In this document: in pieces, positions 7,955 to 15,984 of the stretch
How the letters are laid out: every line of letters starts with the position of its first letter
How positions within the stretch are numbered: the first letter of the stretch is position 1
Assembly: GCA_037128175.1 (NCBI GenBank)
Contig: JBAXWY010000042.1
Coordinates: 1 to 25,925 of the forward strand
Reading direction: 5' to 3'
Origin: Methanothrix sp.
Lineage (GTDB): Archaea > Halobacteriota > Methanosarcinia > Methanotrichales > Methanotrichaceae
Length of the DNA: 25,925 bases
Position numbers and translations under genes: made by a program
The notes under the pieces: model-generated
The model's database searches: none
What the model saw: only the letters and a program-made list of their open reading frames with translations
Told to the model about the DNA's origin: nothing

Positions 7955-10534
7955 TTAAGGCAGCTTCAGCATTCCCGGCCTGGGCTCAAATACATCCCCA
8001 TCTCTTCTCATGCGGTCTATGATCTCTTCCGCTTTAGCTCTTTCTATGCCCAGCTCCACGGCTCGATCCAGGACGGCGTCCCTGGGGGCCGGGCCCTGTT
8101 GCTCACGGCTCACATCCCTTATGATGTCGATCACCGATTTAGTTCTATCTCTGGTGCTCTTGGTGGTGCCTGAGGCAATGATGTCCGCATCCAAAAAGCC
8201 AGTCTCCGGATCGACGCCAACTTTCCGCAGACATGCTTCCAGGATCTTGACTACCCGCTTGGCATCATCCAGGGTGACTTTATCGGAGAGGCGAAGGCGA
8301 GCGCTGGCCTCACCCAGGCGTATGAGAGCCTCCAGTTGCCGGGCGGTGACGGGCACCGGCTTGTTGGAGTCCTGGCCCTGGCTCCGCAGACCGACGTAGT
8401 ACTTGAGGAAGTAATCTTTGGCCCCATCACTCAAGGTTGGGAATATGTTCTTTCGGGCATAGGCCACATACTTTCGCAGCATCTCCGGATCAATGACCGG
8501 CATTATCACCGTCAGGGCGTTGTCGATGTCTTCTTGAGAGATATCCGGGTTCCAGGCGGCTTGGGTGGCCAGCTCGCCCGCATAGTTGCTCTTCAGGATG
8601 TGTTGAGCGATGGCCGAATCCCTCTTGGTGTCCGGATCGTCAGTCAAAACGAAGATCAGATCGAAACGGGACATGAGTGCGGGGGTGAGGTTGATCTGGG
8701 GGGCGATGGGCTCGAACTTGTCGAAGCGGCCAAGCTTGGGATTGGCGGCGGCGAGCAGTGAGCAGCGCGACTTGAGGGTGGCCATGACACCGGCCTTGGC
8801 GACGCTGATAGTGTTATGGAGAACAAGGCCCTGGGAGATGAAGGTATGGGTGGGCTCGACGGTTACATCATAAACATAATCGGTGAAGTGCTCGCCCTGG
8901 TTAGGGACGACTTTCGCATCAATGATTTTCAGAGATCCGATCTCATTTGATTTCAATGCAGGGACGATATCTCCGGATTTTATCTGACAGGCTGGGATGC
9001 AAGCAATCCCATCTTTAGCGACATAAACGGGGTGTTCAGGGGTAACTAAGATCTCTTTGCCGTTGGAGAAGGCGATGGCAATGAAATGGTCTGGAGCCCG
9101 GTGCCTGCTCACTCGATCAACCGGCAGATCGAAGATGCGGCTCATGTCGGTGCTTTTTATTTTAACATCCTCATGGAGCGGCAGTATCTCGCAGTCCTTT
9201 CCAGGAATTATATCTAAAGGCCGGTCCGCCATCATCCGGTCTACAAACTCGCCGATACGCACCTTTCGCCCGTCGGCTAGCTGGATCTCTGTTAGAGGAT
9301 GATAGCTCTGCTGCTCCATCGCCTCGTGCAGCGCGCTCTTGTCCTCGTTGTCCATCTTGTCCATCTCGTCTATGGCGGCGATGCCCTTGTCCGCCAGAAC
9401 CAGTGCTCCGGCCTCGATGGTCCATCGGCCGTCGCCCAGCTCATCCTTGACCGCGGTGGCTGTCAGGCCGGCGGAGGTGGAGCTCTTGCCCGAAGTGTAG
9501 ATGCCGCGAGGCGAGATCTTGATCATGTAACGCAAAAGCTGAGATTTGGCAATCCCTGGATCGCCCACCAGCAGGATGTGGATGTCGCCGCGGATGCGCG
9601 CTCCGTCTGGCAGGTGCTTTTCGAAGCCCGAGACCAGCTGCAGCGCTAACGCCTCTTTCACATCGTCGTAGCCGTAGATGGATGGAGCGATGGATCCCCT
9701 GATCTTCTCATAGATCTCCGGATCACAGGACATCTCCATGATCTGCCTCTCCTCCTCGGGATCGATCTCAATATCCTCGAACTCCTGCTCCGTCATCTCC
9801 ACACTGATGCCTTTGTGAACGAGGTCGAAGTAGGTGCTCTTGCCCTGCTGAGGAGATGAGCGCTGATAGGACCGGAGTATGCCGTTGACGATAACACGGT
9901 CGCCGGGAAAGATCCTGCCGGCCAGGTCGTCCTCCAGCTCGACGTCCAGCGTCTGCGGCTGCGCTCCGCCACGCAGGTCCTCAGGGGACTCCTGCACCCT
10001 GATCTTCTGGGCATCCACGAACTTGGACTGGGCCAGCAAGAGCTTGAAGGGCCCGCCCCGGTCACAGGCCTGGTTCATGCACTTGAGGCTCTGGTCCTCA
10101 AATTTGTTGCCCGCCTGCTCCTTGAAGAAGGTGAAGCCGCACCTCTGGCACTGGAAAGCGGCAGAGATGATCTTGGGCCGGACCTCGGTGGCGGTGCGCA
10201 CCAGCCCGTCGATGGCCAGCAATTTGCCGATGTGATCGCTTCTTAGCTCGCGGGTTTTGAAATGGCGGGGCAACTCGGCGATGCGCACATGGGCCCGGTC
10301 CATGTAAACATCCATGGGCAGGTCCAGCTCCAGTAGGGCAGCATGGGCCGCTTCCAGGATCTGCTCCGGGTTTTCCAGCAGCTCCTCGGCGAATTCGGAA
10401 TCGAACCTGTCAATGTCTGAGAAGCGAATCTTCAGGCTGCGCTCGTCGGGGTAGGAGTCAGCCAGCTTCAGCAGCTCATCCCAGTAACGGGAGCGGAGGA
10501 ACTCCGCCCATTTGGCAACAGGATCGGCGGGCAT
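7955..10534 (-). CDS. mcm: Replicative helicase MCM, containing a mini-intein
   Basis: Zn finger (CQRC...C..C), Walker A GDPGIAKS, GLTATAVKD, Walker B IDEMDKM, AAANP, SRFDLIF, TARQLEALIRL, C-terminal winged helix. Confidence 0.97.
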   Translation of the reverse strand: MPADPVAKWAEFLRSRYWDELLKLADSYPDERSLKIRFSDIDRFDSEFAEELLENPEQILEAAHAALLELDLPMDVYMDRAHVRIAELPRHFKTRELRSDHIGKLLAIDGLVRTATEVRPKIISAAFQCQRCGFTFFKEQAGNKFEDQSLKCMNQACDRGGPFKLLLAQSKFVDAQKIRVQESPEDLRGGAQPQTLDVELEDDLAGRIFPGDRVIVNGILRSYQRSSPQQGKSTYFDLVHKGISVEMTEQEFEDIEIDPEEERQIMEMSCDPEIYEKIRGSIAPSIYGYDDVKEALALQLVSGFEKHLPDGARIRGDIHILLVGDPGIAKSQLLRYMIKISPRGIYTSGKSSTSAGLTATAVKDELGDGRWTIEAGALVLADKGIAAIDEMDKMDNEDKSALHEAMEQQSYHPLTEIQLADGRKVRIGEFVDRMMADRPLDIIPGKDCEILPLHEDVKIKSTDMSRIFDLPVDRVSRHRAPDHFIAIAFSNGKEILVTPEHPVYVAKDGIACIPACQIKSGDIVPALKSNEIGSLKIIDAKVVPNQGEHFTDYVYDVTVEPTHTFISQGLVLHNTISVAKAGVMATLKSRCSLLAAANPKLGRFDKFEPIAPQINLTPALMSRFDLIFVLTDDPDTKRDSAIAQHILKSNYAGELATQAAWNPDISQEDIDNALTVIMPVIDPEMLRKYVAYARKNIFPTLSDGAKDYFLKYYVGLRSQGQDSNKPVPVTARQLEALIRLGEASARLRLSDKVTLDDAKRVVKILEACLRKVGVDPETGFLDADIIASGTTKSTRDRTKSVIDIIRDVSREQQGPAPRDAVLDRAVELGIERAKAEEIIDRMRRDGDVFEPRPGMLKLP
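8813..9307 (-). mobile_element. Mini-intein (165 aa, MCM residues 410-574), no homing endonuclease
   Basis: Interrupts the conserved EAMEQQ|TISVAKAG. Block A SYHPLTEI, block B VTPEHPV, block F YVYDVTV, block G HN|T. Confidence 0.93.
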
Positions 10535-10739
10535 TATCAGAGAAGAGGTAAGAAGACAAAGTATCTAAAGCTATGCGGTGCGGGGCGAAGGTAATATGTG
10601 GAGCATTGGATTGGTCTTTAGCTTAACTTTCAGCCTTGATCAATAGCCATAACCTCTTGCTCCAGCCTGCCTTTGACATCTGCTCCCGACCTCGGAATTA
10701 GTCAGGAGACAGGCGGCGCGGTCCGCTCCCCACGCCACT

Positions 10740-11684
10740 TTACCCGCTCCCCAATATCTCCCGGATCGCCCTCTGGCTCTCCTCCGGCGTCCCCTTTGTG
10801 TTGACCTCATGCACCTTTGTTCGGGCGAAGAGCGCCTGGAAGAAGTGGCTTCGCAGCCCTCTCTTGAAGTCGCTCTTCACCAGCAAATGAGGATTATAGT
10901 AGCCGTTTGCCTCCAGTATGGCCAGCGCCTCCTGGCCGTTAAGCTCCCGCACAGTCTCCTCCTGGCCGGGATCGCGCCTCAGCAGGATCACATTCTCCAG
11001 CGTCGTCAGTGGCAGGATGCGACCCTTGCCGATTACCCAGCGTAGATCCACCACCGCCCTCCCCAACTCATCGAAGACGGCTTTATCGACCAGCCCGGAA
11101 AATTCCTTCCAGATATCGGCCAGATCGGCACGAATGTAGAAGTTCTTCTCCGATCCGTAGGCTAAGATCTCCTCCCCAAAAATTCGGGCAAAGAACCAGT
11201 CATCGGAGACGACGCGCGCTTTGGGGCTTCTCAGCAGCCCGTAGGTGTGGGTGGTCTTGCCCGCCCCAGATCCACCTAAAATGCAGACTCCCTGGCCCCG
11301 TATATCCAGACAGGCACCATGAACGGAGTAGATGCCGTGATTGTCCTCCAGGATGTCTCCGGCCACGGAGAGCGCCAGGGACTTTATCCATCCGTAATAG
11401 TCCATATTGAATAAAAAGCAGCTCTTGGAATGAGGATCGTAGTAAACCTGGTTCAAACCAACCGTTCCGTCCACCAGAACATAAAGCCGCCCGTGGGAGC
11501 GAACGTTCTGGGAGTCAAAATAAAAGCTCTCCTCCCAGGCATTCTTGACGGAAGAACTGCCCGTGAGAAGCTTGATGCAGCATCCGTAAATCTCCGACTT
11601 GATCTCGTAGAGCACCTGATTGCCGTATTGCTCAACTAACTTTTCCTTTTGTTCCATAGATATGATCTCTACTGCATAAGCCAT
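10740..11684 (-). CDS. HPr kinase/PEPCK-fold P-loop kinase-like protein
   Basis: VHGACL...GVCILGGSGAGKTT...VVSDDW, the HprK-type His / Walker A / DD signature. Confidence 0.7.
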   Translation of the reverse strand: MAYAVEIISMEQKEKLVEQYGNQVLYEIKSEIYGCCIKLLTGSSSVKNAWEESFYFDSQNVRSHGRLYVLVDGTVGLNQVYYDPHSKSCFLFNMDYYGWIKSLALSVAGDILEDNHGIYSVHGACLDIRGQGVCILGGSGAGKTTHTYGLLRSPKARVVSDDWFFARIFGEEILAYGSEKNFYIRADLADIWKEFSGLVDKAVFDELGRAVVDLRWVIGKGRILPLTTLENVILLRRDPGQEETVRELNGQEALAILEANGYYNPHLLVKSDFKRGLRSHFFQALFARTKVHEVNTKGTPEESQRAIREILGSG

Positions 11685-11809
11685 TCCCCAACACTCCTTA
11701 AAAATTCCCTCTGCGTTCGTTCTCCGTGCGCTCTGTGACCCTGTGGTTTAATTCCGTGGTCGTAGTTTGGTTATCGCCGGAATCTCCGAAAAACCACGTT
11801 TGGTCGTTC

Positions 11810-12529
11810 TTATTCTTCTTTTTTCCCACCAGTTTGCAGGCTTCCCAGATATCTGCGGCAAACGATGCGCATCTGATCATCCAGCTCGTAGACCAGGGGC
11901 TTCCCCGTGGCGATCTCCACCCCCTCGATCTCCTGATCAGAGATGTTTTCCAGATGCTTGACCAGGGCGCGAATGGTGTTGCCGTGCGAGACCACCAGCA
12001 CGTTCTTGCCCTTCTCCAGCTCCGGGGCAATCAGGGCCCGCCAGAAGGGCAGCACGCGCTCCTGCGTGTCCTGCAGGGACTCGGTTTTAGGCAGCAGGCT
12101 CTCCTGCACATCCCTGTAACGATTCTCCCTGCCAGGATAGCGATCGTCATCGAGGGCAACAGCCGGCGGCCTCTCCAAAAAACTTCGCCTCCAGCTCTGC
12201 ACCTGCGCCATCCCATACCGCTCCTCCGTCTCCTGCTTGCTCTTGCCCTGCAGCTCTCCATAAAAGCGCTCATTGAGCCGCCAGCAGGGCAGAGCTGGAA
12301 TCCACATCAGATCCATTTCATCCAGCACAATCCACAGCGTCCGGATGGCGCGCTTCAGAACTGAGGTGAAAGCGATATCGAAGGACAAACCGGAACTCTT
12401 CATGAGCCAGCCGGCCTCCCCGGCCTCCCTTCTGCCCCTCTCCGACAGATCAATATCCAGCCAGCCTGTGAACCTGCCCCCCAGGTTGAAGAGGCTCTGG
12501 CCGTGCCGCAGCAATACCAGTTTCGCCAT
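11810..12529 (-). CDS. gpmA: 2,3-bisphosphoglycerate-dependent phosphoglycerate mutase
   Basis: LVLLRHGQS, FTGWLDIDLS, TSVLKRAIRT, LNERFYGELQG, WRRS, ESLQDT, SHGNTIRAL. Confidence 0.94.
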   Translation of the reverse strand: MAKLVLLRHGQSLFNLGGRFTGWLDIDLSERGRREAGEAGWLMKSSGLSFDIAFTSVLKRAIRTLWIVLDEMDLMWIPALPCWRLNERFYGELQGKSKQETEERYGMAQVQSWRRSFLERPPAVALDDDRYPGRENRYRDVQESLLPKTESLQDTQERVLPFWRALIAPELEKGKNVLVVSHGNTIRALVKHLENISDQEIEGVEIATGKPLVYELDDQMRIVCRRYLGSLQTGGKKEE

Positions 12530-12648
12530 TTTTTCGTTATTCCCTAACTAAGTCTTCCTGCATTGCTCACACTGATTCAAGATATCAGATCCTAGTGCAA
12601 CGAGACAGAAAATCTTCGCGCCTTCGCGTGAAACCGGAACCTGCTGTA

Positions 12649-13560
12649 CTAGTCACCCCGGTAGATCTTGTAGGCCTCATCCACGCCGGCATTCTCCACG
12701 GTTATAGCGTAAATGGCGTTGCACAGACGCACTGCTTCAGCCAGTGGCCTCTGGTGGATGTTTCGGCCCGTGGCATTTCCTGACGCGCCGCTGATGTGGA
12801 TCTGGTCATGAAGCCTCTGCAAAAATAGTCTAGCATCGGTGCTCTCCCCTCCGGCGCAGACCACCCTGGTGCGGCCCGCCGCCAGCACTGCCTCCCGGAA
12901 AATCTGGGCAGAATCCATGCCTGCTTTCTCAGGATAGTTGACCTTGACAAAGTCGGAGCCAAGTGTGGCAGCAACACCGGCCGCACCGGCGATGAGGTGG
13001 GGATCTTTCTCGTTCTTCACAGCAATGCCACGGGGGTAGATCCAGAGCACCGTAACCAGTCCCGCCTGATGGGCCTGGAAGACCAGTTGTGCCGCCTCGC
13101 GCAACATCGCCCCTTCGTGCTCACTTCCTAAGTAGATGGTATAGCCCACGCCCAGAATGTTGAGGCGGCTGCTCTCCTTAAAATCGACAACCTGGGAAAT
13201 ATCGATCCACTGCGGACTGACGGGCTCAGCCTGGGCCGTCTTCACCAGATTGGTCTTGGAGTTGAGCTTCACCAGGTAAGGCACATGGGAATAGTCCATG
13301 CCAAAGCGAGCCATGAGGCCGAGTTGAGCGGCAAAAACGCCGACGTTGGCTTTGGCCGCGATGCGGAAGAGATGCTCGGGATCATTATCTTGCGGGTCTA
13401 TCTTTGGCCCGAAAAAATCGTCATTGAGATGCTCTGCTTTCTGATCTCCGGCAAAGAGCATCAACCGTCCGCTGCCTTTGGTGATCTGGAGATAGTTATC
13501 CCTGTATTTGGAGCGGCATTCTTCCGGCACATCCAGAGGGACTATGATATTAACTGCCAT
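12649..13560 (-). CDS. Class I fructose-bisphosphate aldolase (DhnA/archaeal-type family)
   Basis: LFAGDQKAEHL, YLVKLNSKT, GYTIYLGSEHE, WIYPRG, Schiff-base Lys in DFVKVNYP, ATGRNIHQ. Start moved to ATG 13560, just after the pfkB stop. Confidence 0.88.
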   Translation of the reverse strand: MAVNIIVPLDVPEECRSKYRDNYLQITKGSGRLMLFAGDQKAEHLNDDFFGPKIDPQDNDPEHLFRIAAKANVGVFAAQLGLMARFGMDYSHVPYLVKLNSKTNLVKTAQAEPVSPQWIDISQVVDFKESSRLNILGVGYTIYLGSEHEGAMLREAAQLVFQAHQAGLVTVLWIYPRGIAVKNEKDPHLIAGAAGVAATLGSDFVKVNYPEKAGMDSAQIFREAVLAAGRTRVVCAGGESTDARLFLQRLHDQIHISGASGNATGRNIHQRPLAEAVRLCNAIYAITVENAGVDEAYKIYRGD

Positions 13561-13571
13561 TTTCACGCACC

Positions 13572-14510
13572 TTATGCCCTCTCGGAGAGTACAGTCAGCT
13601 TCACCTGTGGCACCAACCGCTCGAAATCGTCCTTTTGGGCCAGGGCCGTACCCTGATGTAGAGTGGTAGCCGTTCCGGCTGCGGCGGCATAGACCAGGCA
13701 TTCCTTCAGACTCTTGCCCTGCATCAGGCCGCTTATGAAGCCTGCCACGGAGGAGTCTCCCGCTCCAATGGTGCTCTGCACATCCACATTGGGCGGCACG
13801 GCCAGATACTCATGACCTTCCGAGACCAGCAGGATGCCTTTTCCCCCCATGGATACGAGAACGATTCTTACGCCCTGCCGGTTGATCTCTCGGGCGGCAG
13901 CGCAAATCTCATCCAGCCCCTTAAGCTCTCGGCCCACCAGCTCGGACAGCTCATGAATATTGGGTTTGATGACATCAGGTCGGGCCAAAATTCCGGCGCG
14001 AAGGGCAACGCCATCCACATCCAGCACCACGGTGGACTGGCACCTCTTTACTATTGTTATTATCTTTCTGTAAATCTCAGGGGTGACGCCCAGAGGAAGG
14101 CTGCCTCCGATGGCCACCAGATCGCTGCAAGGCAGCCTTTCCAGCAGCTCCACGAACTCCATAAGCTCGGACGCCTTTATCTCCGGGCCGCGAGCATTAA
14201 AGGCCAGTTGTTTTCCCGTCTCCTTCTCGTGGATAATGATGTTGGTGCGCGTCTCGCCTGAGACATGAACAAAATCCGTCTGAATGCCCTCGTTGAGCAA
14301 TCTACCCTCCAACTCCCGGCCGGCGAACCCTCCCACGAATCCTAACGCTATGTTGTCCACGCCCAGATTCTTGAGCACTTTAGAGACATCAACGCTTTTG
14401 CCTCCTGCGAAACTCTTCTCCTCCAAGATACGATTGGATACATCGTCGCGTACCTTCTGGATCCAGAGGGTGCGGTCCAGCGCCGGGTTGAGAGTAATCG
14501 TGTAGATCAT
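13572..14510 (-). CDS. pfkB: 1-phosphofructokinase/LacC family hexose kinase (PfkB)
   Basis: MIYTITLNPALD, AGGKSVDVS, ETRTNI, GGSLPLG, IKPNIHEL, VSMGGKG, STIGAGDS. Confidence 0.92.
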   Translation of the reverse strand: MIYTITLNPALDRTLWIQKVRDDVSNRILEEKSFAGGKSVDVSKVLKNLGVDNIALGFVGGFAGRELEGRLLNEGIQTDFVHVSGETRTNIIIHEKETGKQLAFNARGPEIKASELMEFVELLERLPCSDLVAIGGSLPLGVTPEIYRKIITIVKRCQSTVVLDVDGVALRAGILARPDVIKPNIHELSELVGRELKGLDEICAAAREINRQGVRIVLVSMGGKGILLVSEGHEYLAVPPNVDVQSTIGAGDSSVAGFISGLMQGKSLKECLVYAAAAGTATTLHQGTALAQKDDFERLVPQVKLTVLSERA

Positions 14511-14599
14511 GATTGACTATCTCTGCGGCAAATGTATTGACTCTTTTGCCTGATTTGAGAGCTTTTGGAACGCCAGATGCAAGAAAGACTTTTTCAGAC

Positions 14600-14617
14600 C
14601 GATAATCTTATATTCGT
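14600..14617 (+). promoter_or_regulatory. BRE/TATA promoter of repeat unit 1
   Basis: cGATAATc-TTATATTC, about 30 nt upstream of the hairpin start. Confidence 0.6.
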
Positions 14618-14637
14618 TTAATGTCGTTATGATTTTA

Positions 14638-14698
14638 AGCAAAGGTCGAAAGATCACAATCCCTCCCAAGGATTCGACTTTTGCTCCCTCCCATTATT
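14638..14698 (+). ncRNA. Candidate sRNA 1: hairpin with CU-rich anti-SD loop
   Basis: Stem GCAAAGGTCGAA (14639-14650) / TTCGACTTTTGC (14673-14684), loop containing ATCCCTCCC, 3' tail TCCCTCCCATTATT. Ends are approximate. Confidence 0.6.
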
Positions 14699-14719
14699 AA
14701 CCACGTTGATCGCCTAAGG

Positions 14720-14737
14720 CGAAAAGCTTATATTCGT
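14720..14737 (+). promoter_or_regulatory. BRE/TATA promoter of repeat unit 2
   Basis: cGAAAAGc-TTATATTC. CTTATATTCGT is identical to unit 1, exactly 120 bp downstream. Confidence 0.6.
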
Positions 14738-14757
14738 CAGGCGTCGTAACCAATATT

Positions 14758-14817
14758 GGCAAAAGTCAAGCATTTTATTCCCTCCTACATCATTGGCTTT
14801 TGCTGTTCCTCTTTATT
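14758..14817 (+). ncRNA. Candidate sRNA 2: paralogous hairpin with anti-SD loop
   Basis: Stem GCAAAAGTCAA (14759-14769) / TTGGCTTTTGC (14793-14803), loop containing TTCCCTCCT, tail GTTCCTCTTTATT. Ends are approximate. Confidence 0.6.
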
Positions 14818-14970
14818 CGCCAGTTTTTAATATCGCAGGCAATGTAGCCACCTTTTTAGGACGGGTCTTTTCTCCCGGCATTAGAGAGCGGAGCCTCTGG
14901 CATAGGCAGTGCCGCCAGACGGCAAAGATCCTGGAGCCGTTTCTGCCCGGCACCCTGGGGCGCGGGTTAG

Positions 14971-15531
14971 ATCAGATGCCTGGAGATCTTGAACGGCAAC
15001 GCCAATAACGCGCCCCTCAACTATGCCGCAGGCCTCGATCTTGGCCAGTACGAAGAGGTGCTGGCCGTTCTGGGCCTGAAGGGGGACCTTAAGCGCTGGT
15101 ATCGCGATCAAAGCTACTGCATTGAGATCGCGGCCATAAATTTCAGCAAGAAATATCTGGCCCTTCCCTGGACGAGGGATCTAAATGCCGTAGAGGATGT
15201 GCTGGTAGAGTTCTTCTCAACTCGCACCCACATACCGGGAAAGGCGATAAGAGCGCTGGCATAGCAGCGCCCTGGATGCCTGATCCTGTGCATCACCGAC
15301 ACGCACATCCAGAACCTCTACCAGGAATGGGATGACATCAAAAAAGCCTCGGAAGCGGGCAATTTCGTGCTCTTCTGCATCGACCAGGCCTACAAAGATA
15401 AGCATGTGGAGGAAGCGCTGGCCAGCCTGGGCCGCGTCTACTACATCAACCGCCTGGAGGATCTTATTTCTCTGGTGGTGGATGTCACAGGACGAGCCTA
15501 CTGCGGGGAAAGTTTTATCTCCTCGCAGTAG
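14971..15531 (+). pseudogene. Interrupted gene fragment, VWA-domain C-terminal-like
   Basis: The frame continues past TAG 15262-15264 (QRPGCLILCITDTHIQN...FVLFCID...LGRVYYINRLEDLISLV) to TAG 15529-15531. AINFS and hydrophobic-strand+TD motifs are VWA-like. No good start, and no N-terminal DxSxS motif. Confidence 0.6.
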
Positions 15532-15547
15532 ACTGCCATTGTGGCGT

Positions 15548-15619
15548 GCCGGGATAGGGTAGTGGTTATCCTGAGGGACTGTGGATCCCTCGAGCTGGGT
15601 TCGAATCCCGGTCCCGGCC
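15548..15619 (+). tRNA. tRNA-His(GUG)
   Basis: Acceptor GCCGGGA/TCCCGGC, anticodon arm AGGGA-CTGTGGA-TCCCT with GTG at 15581-15583, T loop TTCGAAT, discriminator C. TATA-like TTTTATCT at 15513-15520. Confidence 0.96.
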
Positions 15620-15775
15620 CCTATTTTGCAAATAGATCACCACTTGGCCATCGTTTCCTGAACCACTGCGGTCTGGCCTGCCGGAAATAGAAACTCGTAA
15701 CCTATTACTATTTTTAGCACCCTTATGAAGTCCGAGCACTTCATTGTAAATCCTCGAATTCGATTTTGCTTCTCA

Positions 15776-15964
15776 TTTGCACGTCATATTTTGCCAAATA
15801 TGTCGCACAAACCAATTTGTGCGTCACGGATGACGCGCAAATTCACTCCAGGCAGCAATTCTCGCCTGCCCCTCCCGCAGATCACGAAACAATGATTTGT
15901 GTCGCGTGTATGAGATGAAGATGTCTTTGTTTTGCACAGACTAACCATCTATGCGACACAAATC
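15776..15964. repeat. Three inverted pairs of an 11-bp TTTGYRY... motif
   Basis: Copies at 15776-15786, 15801-15811 (rc), 15816-15826, 15831-15841 (rc), 15896-15906 and 15952-15962 (rc). Confidence 0.6.
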
Positions 15965-15984
15965 CTGGCCAAATAATCCCCAAA

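Noticed and set aside
13561-13701. N-terminal extension of the 350-aa aldolase ORF
   Set aside because: It overlaps the pfkB 3' end; ATG 13560 fits the operon spacing and the family start.
658-14505. Long antisense or alternate-frame ORFs (e.g. 658..1383, 4974..5933, 11726..12364)
   Set aside because: Shadow ORFs of well-supported GC-rich genes, with no recognisable motifs.
14714-14773. Minus-strand 19-aa ORF MLDFCQYWLRRLTNISFSP with a perfect SD (possible type I toxin-antitoxin reading)
   Set aside because: The peptide is not conserved in the paralogous unit and is not hydrophobic, while promoters and G-U pairs point to the + strand. Not fully excluded without Ribo-seq.
14600-14817. CRISPR mini-array interpretation of the 120-bp repeats
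   Set aside because: The period is too long, the repeats are degenerate and promoter-like, and there are no cas genes in the window.
15262-15264. Pyrrolysine read-through as the main explanation
   Set aside because: The gene also lacks a proper start and N-terminal domain, no pyl genes are visible, and Methanothrix is not known to use Pyl. A pseudogene is more parsimonious.
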